The notes under the pieces are model-generated. The model made no database searches and was not told the origin of the DNA. It was given only the letters and a program-made list of their open reading frames with translations. A program made the position numbers and the translations under genes. From Mytilus edulis (lineage: Eukaryota): a stretch of DNA of 64,000 bases. Numbering within the stretch: the stretch's first letter is position 1; every line of letters begins with the position of its first letter. Of this stretch, positions 13,958-27,356 are shown piece by piece. Location: contig NC_092345.1 in assembly GCF_963676685.1 (NCBI RefSeq), positions 70,308,001 through 70,372,000 on the forward strand, written 5' to 3'.

Positions 13958-16900
13958 TTATTGTTCGTATCGTTCTAGTGTAGTGTTTGATAATATAAGA
14001 CCTCCGACATTTGGATGTTTACTTTCCGTCTCCGAAACGACAGTACTACAATCAGATGGACAATGAATCGAGGAAGCGACGTGATCTACACCTGCTTCTA
14101 TTGATTTCAAATCACTGCTTTTGATAATTTTAACAGTTTCTATTTTGGTGTCTGTTTTAGATGGGTTTTCTCCAGTGTCCAATCGATTTTGAAGAAAGCG
14201 CAAACTGTCTAGATTGAATTCTACTTTCGATATTTCTGTGTAGGTTTTGGTAATGGTGTCTGTTGAAAAGCATAATATTGCATTTGGTGATCCTCCCATT
14301 ATTCTATTTATTTGAACCTGGAAAGTTAAAGCATTTTCACTGGAGACTGACAAGAAAAGCATCCATAAATGAGCACCATTGCCTGGTTTTAATCCAATGC
14401 ATCCTGCCGGACGTATCTTGAATCGTTGGTATGGTGTTAAAAATAAATTCTTTGATTTATGAATAAGAAAGTGTCCTTCTTGTTGTTCCATATTTATCAG
14501 CACTTTGGTCTGGTCTGATCGACAACAATTAACCCTTAGCCGTAATGTTGATGAATTTCTCTTCAGAAAATGAACTAAAATGTTACATAATAGTCTACTG
14601 CCATAAAACAAATTCAATTCATTTGTCAATTTTATCTTAGTGATTTTGTCTTCTTTAATCTTAAGTACTACTGCAAAAGATACTCTGTAAAAATGTAATA
14701 AAGAAGATCAGTTATAATGGTCAAACACAAAACATACAAAAAAGATGAATATTCAAGCATAAACTAGAGTAAAAGCATTCACCCTGTTTAAGTCTACTAA
14801 CTATCTTTTTAAATTGAGTGTGAATTAATGATTTCATTCGACATTTCCATCAATCTCCTCTTTATTTGTATATCTAAATACAAATTTGTCTTTTGTTTTT
14901 TGTTGCACTTCAGTGTTTCTGTTGTTTTGTTGTTTTTCTTTTCTAGTTGATGTGTTTCCCTCGATATAAGTTTGCAACCTGGATTGTTTTCTCTCAATCA
15001 AATTATGCCAGCGAAATACTGCTGGAGCCTTTATATAGTACAACATATTTTAAAATAGGTTTTATTAGATCAATTACTTTAGTTTGTTTAATAAATTTCT
15101 TGCAAACCATGAAAAAGACTTTCAGAACCAAGCATATTACCGTTTGTATTCTTGTCAAATATAGTTAATCATTAAACGTGCTGTTTTCAATGTTTTACAT
15201 CACTGGGTCGATACCTCTGCTGGTGGACTATCAGTCCTCGAGGGTCTAATCAGATCAGTAATCAGTAACAAAATTTTCTAAAATTGTCCGTTTATAGATT
15301 TTGAAATTATCAAGAAACTAAGATTGCAACTCCCTCAAGCAAAGTTGACTTTAGATGAATTTGGCTATCAATTTTAGGTATTTTTGTCATATAGCTCTTC
15401 AACGGTTTCGGTACTTATACATCCTCGGATTTCAAATGTTTGGCTTTGAGCGTTCCTGGTGAAGGTACATCCAGAAAAGCGCTTCGGACGCATTGAAGTT
15501 ATTGAACGTGTTGTTTTCAATTTTTTATTGTATTGTTTTTACATTTTCGTCCTTTGGTTTATTAAAAAAATTGTCTCATTGGCAATTATATCATAAAAGT
15601 TTGAGAATCATAGAATCTTACTTAAGTCTGAAACTTTAAATGTTCGTGGTGATAAAGTACACAACATTTGAATAAAGTTATTATAGAAATCATAAATACC
15701 CGTCATATCCATGTAGAGAACCACTGTAAATATCATCTGCACTCTTCTGCCTGGATTCAACAGTAGAAGCTGATCCATCCTTGTAACCAACCAATATAAT
15801 TTCAATTTGTGACTTATTAGGAGGGTTTAGAGGAATGTTGGTGAGGGATACCACTACCTTTATTGGTTTTAAGAATTTCGACTCATCATATTCAAAGTTG
15901 ACTTTGTTGCTCACATGTTTGACATGTCGTGTAGATGTGTGAATAGTTCTGGAAAACTCAACGTCTGGGGTGTGTACCTAAAACAATTCAAGTACAAAAT
16001 GTTCAGTTATTTGCCAAAAGAGGGACGAAAGATACCAAAGGGACAGTCAAACTCATAAATCTAAAACAAACTGACAACGCCATGGCTAAAAATGAAAAAG
16101 AAAACAGAAAAACAATAGTACACATGACACAACATATAAAACTAAAGAATAAACAACACGAACCCCACCAAAAACTAGGGGTGATCTCAGGTGCTCCGGA
16201 AGGGTAAGCAGATCCTGCTCCACATGTGGCACCCGTCGTGTTGCTTAGGTAGCACTCCACAGTTAGAAAATAAAATTAAAAATGAGCCACAAAATGTTTT
16301 ATCATCTCCTATTCCTGGATTTCTAATACATTTACCTAACTGTTTGTGTTGTACATGTGCATATGTATGTAATCAGTATATTCCATAGATTTGATTTTCA
16401 AAAGTTAAAAGAGTGAAAATAAATTCCTTTTATGTGTATCCATGGCAACATTCTGCATTTATTTACCATAAAATATTGCAAAAAGGGGGGTGGACATGTC
16501 ACATATCCCCCCTAAATTTGGATCAAACTAAAATTTCAATGCCTTTGAGTAATACCTTTTTAGAAACTGTTTTCATAAATCTTCCTAATGATTAAATAAA
16601 AAATGGGGGTCTTTCGCCTCATTTTTTCGTAAAATCCAATCACAAAGTTCGTGCGATAAAAAGTTGGAAAAAAACATTACAATAATTGCTGGACCAATGT
16701 ATGGTAGGGACATGCAAATACGGACTGTCATACAGAAAACAGCCTATATTACATACATTACATACTCTTGATGTTCATATAAACCCAATACAAAGGCTAT
16801 TTTAATACTCAGCTATCCAAAAATTAATTTTATTGCACACTAGCTCTCATATTTGAAAAATCCACAGGGGCCAAAATGCTAAACTACACACCTAACTGTG

Positions 16901-19900
16901 GAGTGCTACCTTATGTAATTACAAATCCGGTAAATAGTCTAATTCGGTAGGTCACATTCATGAAAGGGAAGGGGATTGTAGTTACGACGTAAGGAACATA
17001 TCCGATATCATTTGTGAAACGGTTATTCCATAACGGTCAACAAACTCGTGATGGCGTCCGTAAAATTTACGAAGGGATGATTTCAACTTCACCATTTGGA
17101 ACTCTTGGTTTAATAGCTTCCTTGTGAGCAGTAACCCTCTATCAAGACAATCATGATAGGAAATGCAAGCACGGGAATATCCGATTCGTATCAATTGGGA
17201 GATATATACCCCGGATGCAGGTGCTGCTGGAATGTTGCTACTTAGAAATGGAAAGTTCACAATTGGAAAGCTGAAATCATCTCTTTTGTCGTAAAGTTTT
17301 GTTTTCAACCGACCCTCATTGTCAATTTCTAAATGTAAGTCAAGATATGAAGCCGACTTAACTGTATCCTTTATCTCCAATTCGATGGGATAGATGCGTT
17401 CCACATAGTCACCAAATTTTGCATTGTTCAAAGATGCATATACGATACCATTGAGCAAAATATGTTCATGAACAAAACATTTAGATTATGTATCATCAAT
17501 ATTATGTTGTGAGCTTTTGTTATTAGACCATTTAACCATACACATACCATTGCTTTCTTAAAGAAGTAGGTTAAGTAAGATCACGTTTTGGCCCCAAAAT
17601 ATATCTGTTTCACAAAATTGTTAAAATGTAAACTTTGAGATATTTATTGGAAACTAGATTGCTTCTGCTACATAAATATGGGCAGTTTTTGACAATACAA
17701 TGTACATATATCGGGTACTAGCATCATTAAGTCATGCTAAATTACTGAAATCTTCACAATTTTATCATTAAGTTTTTTTTTAGACGGTTTCCGTCTTAAA
17801 TGAAAGTGGCTGCATTTGTGTTCATTCGTTATATTGAAATGTAAGTTGTATTTGATGATAATACATAACATATATAAAGGTTGAGGATGAACACGGATGC
17901 GGCCACTTTCATTTTTGACAAAAACCATCTGAAAAGTTACATTTTTGGCATATTTGATAGATTTTTTTATATTTAAGCTAGAATCGGAGCGTTTTAAATG
18001 AGTAAATCAGTTAAAATCTTTAAAATAAACTAATCGAATCAACTGAAATAGACACTTAAGTGTTTAAAAAGTGTCTAAAATCGTTCGTCAGATGAACTTG
18101 AAATTTGAGGCCAAAATCGGCCCTTAACAAACCCACTCCTTTGTTGCTGATAGTCTTTCCAGAAAATAAATTAAGATTTATTAAATTGGGTTTACATTTA
18201 TGGTTTTCTACATTAAGTACAATCATAATTATGCCTCATTCAATGTACGGATGTGTGTCTGATTACATTAATAATTCAGAAAACAACGCATCTGATGGTA
18301 AGGTTTTAAAAAGTAAACATCTAATGACTCACATTCAATACTAACCGTATACCTAAAGTTTTCATTTGATTTCACACAATCTTTATCAAACTTTAAAATA
18401 GACGCACAGCTATTCCCAATTTCTATTTCAGTTCCCAATGGATTGATAATCACATTCATCCGCTTTGACTGAATAACTATTCCAAAACTGTTAAGTCGAC
18501 AGCAGTAGAATTCAGCAAAACCATCCTAAATATAAATATATGTTATATGAGTTAGGGTGAGGGCATCAGAGGTATTATACTAGCCATGTTTTGCCTGGAA
18601 CAACAAGACGTATGTCCATTTTCAAATTAAACTTTGAACTGAAAATAACCCTTAGATAAAAAATAAGATGTGATATGATAGCCATGAGACAGCTCACCAT
18701 CCAATTCTTGATGAGTAAAAAGTAAACAATTATTCAAATAGGAAACCAACGGTCTAATCTATATGAAAAATACTTTGATACTCGATTTTGTTTGATAATA
18801 TTTAACAATGGAAGAACTAAATTATTTCATATTTTATAAAACTCAAATACAAAAATACTAAAACTATCAAAGCAACACAAACAAAAGCATACAAAAATTA
18901 TGCCAAAACATGGCAAGTAAAAAAACCATACCGTTCTAAATCTTATAACATTCTTACAGAATTTATTTTGTTTTTAATATTGAAAAAATTGAATTACAAA
19001 AATTTTTAATAAACATGTTTTTTTTATTAAAATAGACAAATCGTTTTTGGAGGACAATACATGTAACTAAAAAAAGATAGTTTCAATTACATTACATTTT
19101 GGGAATGTTCTATTGCTGATAATATCTGTCGATTTATTAGAGAATTAAAGATAAAAAGCATAACTTACAGTAGATTGATTTTAAAATACTTCATGAAAAA
19201 TAAATTCACAATTTCTTAGCACCTAAAATATAAACTAAACTATCTAAGCTATTTAAAATTTGTTGCTGTTCAAATTGTATAAGGCAAATAACCAAAAAAT
19301 GTTTTAATCGATTACTGAACACATTTCATAAAATGAATGAAAATGTTGTGGTCATTACATTGTATTCTATTTTAGAAATTTAATCATAACATTTTGTTTT
19401 GATTCATGACAATAATTGATCATTCAATATGACTTTCTTCAATTACCTTTTTAACTAGTTTTATACTTGTATAGATGTTAGTGAAACGTTTATATTTTCA
19501 TAGTTTAATTTTCAATAGAATCAACAGCTTCAAGAACAACTTATTGCGATAAATCTGAACAAGAAATGCTAAACTACAAACAGGAGGACATTTGGGTATA
19601 TTTTAGTAAGACATTAACCCAAATATTCAAAGACAACAAAATACTTTTATAAGTATAGGTATGTAGCAAAATTTACCTTAACCGTGGCTGGAAGCATTTT
19701 CCATACTAATCCGTCATTTATCCAAGCAAAAGCCTCGTAAAATTGACTCCCAGTTTTTTCAAAGAAAGTATTTATAATGTTGACACTAAAACACACTTTG
19801 TCATTAAACTGGGAGGGTAAATTGAATTTATCTAATTTTTCCTTCTGAATTTTAACACAAGGGTTTCCTGTTTCTCCTTTCTGTCGTTGAACAGTTCTGA

Positions 19901-22808
19901 AGATATCAGACACAAATATTGACTCCAAAGGAAGGTTTAGGAATTTGAGTGAATTATTTTTCTCATCTGCTGTCCATTTGGTGGTTATAAATCCATTTAA
20001 AATACTATATAAACTGCTTGGACCTGTAATACTAACATCATTTCCCAAGTTGATATTACATGTAGTAGTGCATGTTGTAAGTTCTGAATCATCTTGTTCA
20101 AAGTCGGATGAATAGCAGTCATCACTTGAGTTTCTATCTTCCATTCCAATTATTCTTATCTTTTATCAAAATAAAGGAATGAAGTAAGATTGACAATGAA
20201 CAAACTTTTTATACATGTAAGATCCATATACAAATATATGAACATATATTCTAGATCATCATATGGTATATAACAATTAGAAAACTCATATAGTAATGTA
20301 AGCTATTATAATGAATAAATATAACAAAAGGCCCCTGCCAGAATGACAAAATTTGGTAAAAAAAACCAAATGAGAATTAAAAACTAATTGTTCAAAGAAC
20401 AATTGAAGGTCTTTCCATCCCCAAATGATCATATTTTGATACGAGATTACCAAAAGCTAGTTTAAATAGTCATATGTGGTGTCAGACGATAGCTTACTTG
20501 AAGCGTGTCCCAAAAATATATGATTTGTATATGTTGTGTACAAGTTATCATTTTGTACAAAAAAATTGTACAAATTATAATTTGTATTTTGACTGTGTAC
20601 ATATTGTAATTTGTACAAAAAGTGCCTGTACAAATTATAATTTGTACAAAATAAGGCTTAATTTCACTTATAGCTTATACAATATTGTATATATAATAAA
20701 TTTCAAATTAAATGATAAAAAATATTTTCAATTTTAATTACTAAATTACTTGAATCAATATGAAACACACTTGATAACTCTATTTACAATACTATACAAT
20801 ACTATACAATAATATACAATGCTCTTATTTGTTGGAGCAGGTGAGCGAACTATGACACCTTGAATTACACAATACATTCTGTTTTTTTGCATTTACACTT
20901 CGAATTGTTACAACCTCCTTTACATTTGCAATAGAGAAAACCCTGTCCACCAGTTCTTGAATTTTTTTTCACAGCTTCCCTTAGAGAAAGTTGCAAATCT
21001 GGAATTTGTGTAACGGACAAAGAAGAGACACAACTTGATTCTACTTGGTTTCTGCTTAAGACTACTGATAAATTACCAGCTATTGTCCCAACACAGTGAT
21101 CAAAATTTCCTACTTCTACAACAACAACACCTTGTATATTTCTCGGGTCGGTTGGTGCTCGGTCATATTGTGGTATTGGAATAATAACATTGTCTCCAAC
21201 AGCTAATTCACTCAGTTTCTGTTTTGTATTTTTTGTAAGGACATCTGCTTGTATTTGTTGGCCCGACAATGCATGTTTTCTTGCACGAATGATCGGTGTT
21301 TCCACTTCCTCTGATACAACTTCAATGGTTGTACTAGTTGACCCAGAATCGTTCAGTTCTCTTTCTGATTCTACCGATTCAGCATCTGTGTTTTCATCCG
21401 TACAATCATCTCAATTTTACTGTTCTCCTCTGAAACCTCTTTAAACACTTTCTCCAAATCTTCCCCAGTTTCACGATTTGGCAAAAGTTCCTTTGGCAAA
21501 GAAGATGAAGATAAACCTATCTTTGGGTCAGAACCAAACAGAGCGTTATAAGGTGATTGATCAATTACTCTGTGATATGATCTATTTTTCTGAAATTGCA
21601 CGAAGCGCAAACCTTCAGACCACTGTTGTGTGTCATTGTCATCCATGATATGAGCATTTCTTTAATGTCAGCATTTGCTCTTTCTACAGACCCTTGACTT
21701 TAGGGATGTCTTGGTCGGCCATGAACTATGACTAATTCTGACCATAACGATTTTAGTTCTGTGATTATATGTGCACTGAACTCTCTCCCATTATCGCTTT
21801 GGAGGATATGGGGTGCACCAAAGAGAAGAATAATGTCAAGTAATTGATACGAAACTTAAGCAGCTCTCTTATTTCAGAGCTCTAAGCACGCTAAATTTGG
21901 TGAGATGATCTTGATAGTGCATTATCCAATTAAATTCATGGTCAGGGACAGATTGATGGTCTACAAGGTCAACCTGCCCTCTAAAGTTGAAGTCATCAGA
22001 AATTATAGGTTTAACAACAAGTTTTGATATGTCAGAACGTTTTCGTTTCAAGATACATTGTTCACAATTGGTTGTGAGTATGCGTATTGCTTCCTGGATA
22101 ATGTTAGAAAAATGTTTTTTGAGTTCTTTGTTAGTTTTATGGAGACCTCCATGACCGACCCTTTTCAATATCAGAAACTTCAATAACATCATATTTCTTT
22201 AGCAAATGTCTGTCTTGGTCACTTTTCTTCAGTGCCTCTATTGCATTTTTAACTTTAGAAATTAACTCATTCAATTTGTCCCTGGTATACAGATATTTGT
22301 GCTTAGATGTGTTATTCTCAGCAAATTGCTGAACTTCTTGGTAAAATTTATCATGTTGATCAACAATACTAGCCATTTTTTTAACACCTTAACTTTTACT
22401 TTTGTTAATGACCATATGAAGGACCATTGAACAAGAGTCCAATTTATAACCTCAAGGCAATATAAATGAATCAATTTATGACTTTAAAAATAGCACTGAA
22501 AAGTTTTAAAGTGGGTATCAACACTTTTGTTATCACAATATCCATATGATAAATTATTGTACAAGTTATAAGTGAAATTAAGCCTTATTTTGTACAAATT
22601 GTAATTTGTACAAGCACTTTTTGTACAAATTATAATTTGTACAAAATGATAACTTGTACACAACATATACACTTTTGCTTAAAAAAAAAGTCATGTGTAT
22701 TTCTAAATGCAAAAGACCCTACGTCACACACTTCTGGAAATAAAAAAATATTACCTTATAGTGTACAGGTATTTTATCAGAGACAAGCGCCTCTGTATAT
22801 AGGCACAT
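13958..22808 (-). CDS. Paralogue B: ZU5-ZU5-UPA protein, DTHD1/PIDD-like, no death domain (~550-573 aa)
   Basis: Exons 20159-19677, 18525-18346 (180 nt), 15977-15700 and 14684-13958, GT-AG, with the same phases as A. The candidate first exon 22808-22755 (MCLYTEALVSDKIPVHYK, phase 0) is less certain; the alternative start is ATG 20144. Confidence 0.75.
15171..15525 (+). mobile_element. Non-LTR retrozyme copy (~330-nt unit) with type I hammerhead at 15448-15492 (core mutated to CTGGTGA)
   Basis: Direct repeat attaaacgtgctgttttcaat (15171) / attgaacgtgttgttttcaat (15501); HHR GCGTTC-CTGGTGA-AGGTACATCCA-GAAA-AGCGCT-TC^GGACGC; shares the cactgggtcgat..ggtgga motif with the 24306 retrozyme. Confidence 0.7.
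16016..17430 (-). mobile_element. 5'-truncated Penelope-like retroelement (RT C-terminus plus 3' terminal region), interrupted by a MITE
   Basis: ORF 16982-17458 has SASYLDL..KLYDKRDDFSFPIVNFPFLSSNIP..GVYISQLIR (PLE-type RT). Near-identical copies at 51770-52636 and 63370-63870. Confidence 0.85.
16248..16910. mobile_element. MITE with 19-bp TIR GGTAGCACTCCACAGTTAG and TTA duplication
   Basis: TIRs at both ends; flanks tta|...|tta; uninterrupted host site at ~63601-63630; second copy at 38939-39604. Confidence 0.85.
17575..18127. mobile_element. Probable non-autonomous DNA transposon
   Basis: Imperfect inverted ends taagatcacgttttggcc / ggccaaaatcggccctta; no clear TSD. Confidence 0.4.
20526..22671 (-). 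mobile_element. Decayed Ginger2/TDD-type DNA transposon (KRBA2/SCAND3-like DDE integrase)
   Basis: TIRs of ~120-160 bp with TGT...ACA termini. Frameshifted minus-strand coding (~20825-22376) has GHGG...CxxC, RGQVDLVD, YQDHLTKF, FGAPHILQSDNGREF, SQGSVERAN, WSEGLRFVQF..N and a C-terminal CxCxxxCxxxxCxC motif. Confidence 0.85.
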
Positions 22809-24305
22809 TATGCAGTTATTTTTGTAAAAATAAAACTAATAGTTGTGGTGTGTTGATTTTTACTTCCTTCAAAAGCCAGTTATACAGTCATGAGTTGATG
22901 GTAGTTGTGTTTGCCCCACCAGATTTGATCCTAGTTTTGTATTGTGCAATCTTATTTTGTTTGTGTAATTTTTCGTGAAATGTTGAAATTCGTACTGTTG
23001 TTCTTTATTAATGGCCATATCTGTTTTCCTCGTCTTATGGTTTGCTTGTCTGCGTGAAATCTTATCCCTCTTTCAATTACTTAACCAATAGCAGGTGTTT
23101 AATCATTGCAAGCAGATAGATTTTGTTTTCATCCCATTACTTTCTTATACGTTTGAACATTAAAACTCAGAGGCACCAGGTTTACAATTGTGTATGCCAG
23201 ATAAAAATAAAAGGTTCACAGATACTATTACTATATTGGTTGATCGTTATGGAATTCACAGATGACGACGGATATGTCCATATTATTGTACCAACAACAA
23301 TCCCATCCTATTTTCTTCAAATGTGACTATAATAGATTTATCACCGAGGTTGTACTTACCAGAGCATTACGACAGTACCACATGTAATACATGATTTCTT
23401 TACACTTCCAGAGGATATGAGATAACCACAGGTTTTTGATGTGGTTCGTGTAGATCCGTTTTCAGGTTTCTTTGTTGTGTTTTGTGTACTGTTGTTTGTC
23501 TTTTAATTGTTTTTCTTTCTTCTTATGCTACTAATTATGAGTTTGTTTTTCCACCTGAAAGTTTGAATACACTCATTCGCCTAGCTCTCTTTGCAATGCT
23601 GTTTTAGTCATTTTGCATCATCAATGTAAATATATACCTGATATATGTTAACATATATCTATTTATTTAATAAAATGCGATATAATTATATTATTGAACT
23701 TAGATGTATATAAAATTTAAAACTTACCAACGTGATTTAAAAAGTGTAAGGTTTGAATTATTTTAAACCTAACAAAACAAAGACTTTTACTATTCTGTTT
23801 AAATGTAACTTGATATTTATTAATCGTCAAATCCACTAACAATATAAAACGTATTGTTATTTGAAACAATAAAAAAGATATACAATATCCTTATTGTTTA
23901 CCAATAAGATCATGGTCTCTAAACATAGCGGGTATTGTCTTAATCCTTGTAAACCATAGGCATAACTCTGTGCCTCCCTCGAGATTTGAAGTTAAGGTGT
24001 ACCTATCTACAATGCATTAATTCATGCTGAACTTTGCAAGCCAAACATTTCTCTGTAGTTCATCAATACACGTTAAGCTAGTTATTTGTTTAATGAAAAA
24101 AATATTTTAATGATAATAGTTAACACAGTGATATGTGCCGTCTATGTAATCTATTTATAAATTATTAAAACAATTGTTGGTTTTGACGACCACTTCGATG
24201 CTGAAAAAAAACCTGCCAACGTATTGTCAAAAGGTGGGAAAAACAAAAAGTATATCAATGCCAATATAGGAAGTTGCCTAGTTACTTTTAGTACAATGAA
24301 TATTT

Positions 24306-24693
24306 ACGCGTCTGGCGTACTAAATTATAATCCTGATACCTTTGAAAACTATATTCACCACTGGGTCGATGCCACTGTTAGTGGACGTTTCATCCCCAAG
24401 GCTTCCACCAGCCCAGTAGTCAACATTGAAGTGTTGACATGAATATAAATAATGTGGTCATTTCTTATAAATTTCCTGTGAACAAAACTTGGAATTTTCC
24501 GAAAAACTAAGGATTTTCTTATACCAGGCATAGATTACCTTAGCAATATTTGGCACAACTTTTTGGAATATTGGATCCTCAATGCTCTTCAACTTTGTAC
24601 GTGTTTGGCTGTATAAATATTCTTGATATGAGCGTCACTGATGAGTCTTATGTAGACGAAACGCGCGTCCTGGTATCTTTGATAACTATTTAC
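24306..24693 (+). mobile_element. Complete non-LTR retrozyme monomer (357 nt between cleavage sites 24312 and 24669)
   Basis: Starts acgcgtc^tggcgt (3' half of a HHR) and ends gcgtca-CTGATGA-gtcttatgtagac-GAAA-cgcgcg-TC^; post-cleavage sequence is partly repeated after 24669. Confidence 0.85.
24630..24669 (+). ncRNA. Type I hammerhead ribozyme
   Basis: Intact CUGAUGA and GAAA boxes, stem II GUC/GAC, palindromic stem III CGCGCG, GUC triplet. The stem I partner uggcgu is present at 24313 (circular form) but deleted after 24669. Confidence 0.85.
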
Positions 24694-25361
24694 ATACTTA
24701 ATTTATTTTGAAATTGTCTGAACGCATCTGTGTATCATGCCATTACCGAACATGGATACATATGTTTATAATGACTATTAAAGTGGTCAAAAGATAACAA
24801 ATGGACATTTAAACTCATAGGACGAAGATAAATTGATAATGCCACAATAGTATACTAACAAAACATAGAAAATTCAAAGTGACAAACTGAGTTACATGAA
24901 TCACACAAAATAAAAAAACAGGGTAATATCAGGGCTATCAAAAGGGTATATGTAGATCCCTCTCATCACGTTTCACTGTTGTGCTGCTCATGCAAATACA
25001 AACTCAGTGAACAGTCTAAATTGGTAATTCGGGGCAAAGGAGTACTGCAATGTGGTCTAGACGGTTGGAACATTCTCGTCGTCATCTGTGAAAAAGATAT
25101 TTTATATATCCAAAAGTTCATGATTATTATAATAAATACAAGTCATGGAATATCGTTGCAATTGAGAGATATATGATTCGTATACAGGCGTTGCTGGAAA
25201 GTTATTACAAAGAAAATACAGTTTTGTAAATGTTGTCATATGCTGTTCAGTGTTACATGTATAGTAAATAAAAAATTAATCATTATATAAAAAAAAATGC
25301 GTAAGGGAGTAGAATTTCAATTAAAAGGTTTAAGGTAAGGGTTGAGTGCCCATATGTTTAA

Positions 25362-25953
25362 GGTAGATTAATGGTATACCGCCATCTTGGATTGAACAAT
25401 CACAGTAAAAAATCGGTTTAGTTATTTGCCTAAATCTGCAAATTTGGAGACAGATTTGCAATTTGATGGTAAGACTGTTTAATAATATAAAGAAAACTTG
25501 GCAATTTATTGTATAATTCAAAATAATTAAACAAATATCATTTTATTTTGCTTTTTGAATCATTTTTTTCAAATGAGCCATTTAAGGGAAGATAACTCTT
25601 TTAGTAAAAAATTTATACTGGACAGATAGGGAATTTGTTTCTTTTTACTTGTAGCAAGAAAACAAGTTCGGTGACACCATTTTTTCTTTTTATTTTCTTA
25701 AAACATATTACAAAACCTATCTTTTCACAATTTATTTCAAAATTCTATCTCATAGATTATTTTTTATGCACACAATTGTGTTTTTCCATTAACAATCTAA
25801 CCAAATTTAGGCAATTTTCAACGACTCATAGCTTGAAAAATAGCACGGTGACCCCTACTTTTTATTATATTTTTGAAAAGAGCATATTAAAATCTTCATT
25901 CTGGCTAAGTATAAGAAAATTCTGTCTCAAAAAAGATTTACTTATGATCTACC
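25362..25953. mobile_element. TTAA-flanked MITE (Kolobok-like)
   Basis: TTAA|GGTAGAT...ATCTACC|TTAA; internal motifs ccatcttggattg and cggtgacc shared with 29714-30309. Confidence 0.7.
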
Positions 25954-26469
25954 TTAAGCCCGCTATTATCAGCCTGTCTCAAGCAAGGAGTCAGTAATCC
26001 TGTAGCGGCTATAAATAAAAGCAACTGTAGTATACTGCTGTTCGAAATTCATAAATCGATTGAGAAAAAACAATCCGGGTTACAAACAAAACCTGAGGGA
26101 AAAGTATCAAATATAAGAGAACTACGACACAACAGAAATGTACCACACATAGAAACGTACTATAATGTAACAATCGCCATTTTCCTTACTTGTACAGGGC
26201 ATTTTATGAAAAAAGTGGTGGGTTGAACCTGGTTTTGTGGCATGCCAAACCTCCCGCTTTAATGGCAATGTTTGTTATAACATTAAAATGACACGACAGG
26301 GTTACAATAAATAAATGGGAGAAAATATAGGACAGAGAAACAAACGAATTATACCCATTAAAAGGTAACAGGTTAAAAAAGAATGCAAACGCCAGACGCG
26401 CGCTACGTCCACACAAAACTATGCTCAGATGAAAAAAGTTTGAAAGCCATAACAACTACAAAGTTGAAG

Positions 26470-27016
26470 ATCGCCGAGGATCTAACACGTGGTAAAAATG
26501 TCCATAGTTAGTTTGGACAAAGATACATCGTATTGATCAACCAATTAGTGATGGTGTCTGTAAAATTGACGAAGTGTCATTTTTAATCTGTCCTCCTCAT
26601 AACTTTGTTGTAGCAGTTTCGGAGTTAGGAGCACACTCCTGTATATGAAGTCCGTATAGTGTGAACATGCACTAGAATAACGTATCAATTGAGATATGTA
26701 AACACCATACGAAGGGGCAGAGGGTATGTTACTGCTGAGAAATGAGAAATTGATAATTGGGAAGTTGAAATCGTCCCGTTTATCATAGATTTTCGTGTGA
26801 AGTCGTCCATCTGTGTCAATATTGAGGACAAGATCAGGGTATGAAGCAGTCCTTCTAGTATCAGTAGTATCCTTAATTTCAAGTTCACTGGGATATATGA
26901 GATGCAAGTATTGGCTGAAATATGGGTTATTAAATGATAGGACATCATCAATATATTAGAAAGTAAAATTAAACAATTTCGCAAGGTACTTTTTCTGTTT
27001 GTCTTTTAGAAGGGTT
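26470..27016 (-). mobile_element. Penelope-like RT fragment (second subfamily)
   Basis: ORF 26545-26907 IYPSELEIKDTTD..KIYDKRDDFNFPIINF..GVYISQLIRY; the upstream frame retains an IDDVLS-type motif. Confidence 0.8.
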
Positions 27017-27356
27017 GCCGTCTTCAATTGGTGTTTTTATGATATTATGCAGCATCAAACTGGCAGTTTGTTCTATTTCCTGTTCGATCTGTTCACAATT
27101 TTTTATTATGGAACTTTTATAGCTTACTTTTCGGTTTCAATTTTGTGTCAAATGTTATGGTGAAAAACTATTCGTAAATAAAACGTATTATTTTTAACCT
27201 TAGGATATATTAAACTGAGAAACAAATGTCTCATTGAAGCCTTTTTAAGTCAAATCTTTATTATGCTTATACAATTTGTATGGTCTACATTCGAAATGCC
27301 AGTGTTTTCACTGTTTCCTTATAATGCACAGACGTTTTGGTTTCTTGAAAATAGAA

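Noticed and set aside
16003-16260. Hydrophobic 85-aa ORF (also 63321-63536 and similar short ORFs)
   Set aside because: Translations of the PLE non-coding terminal region or other dispersed repeats.
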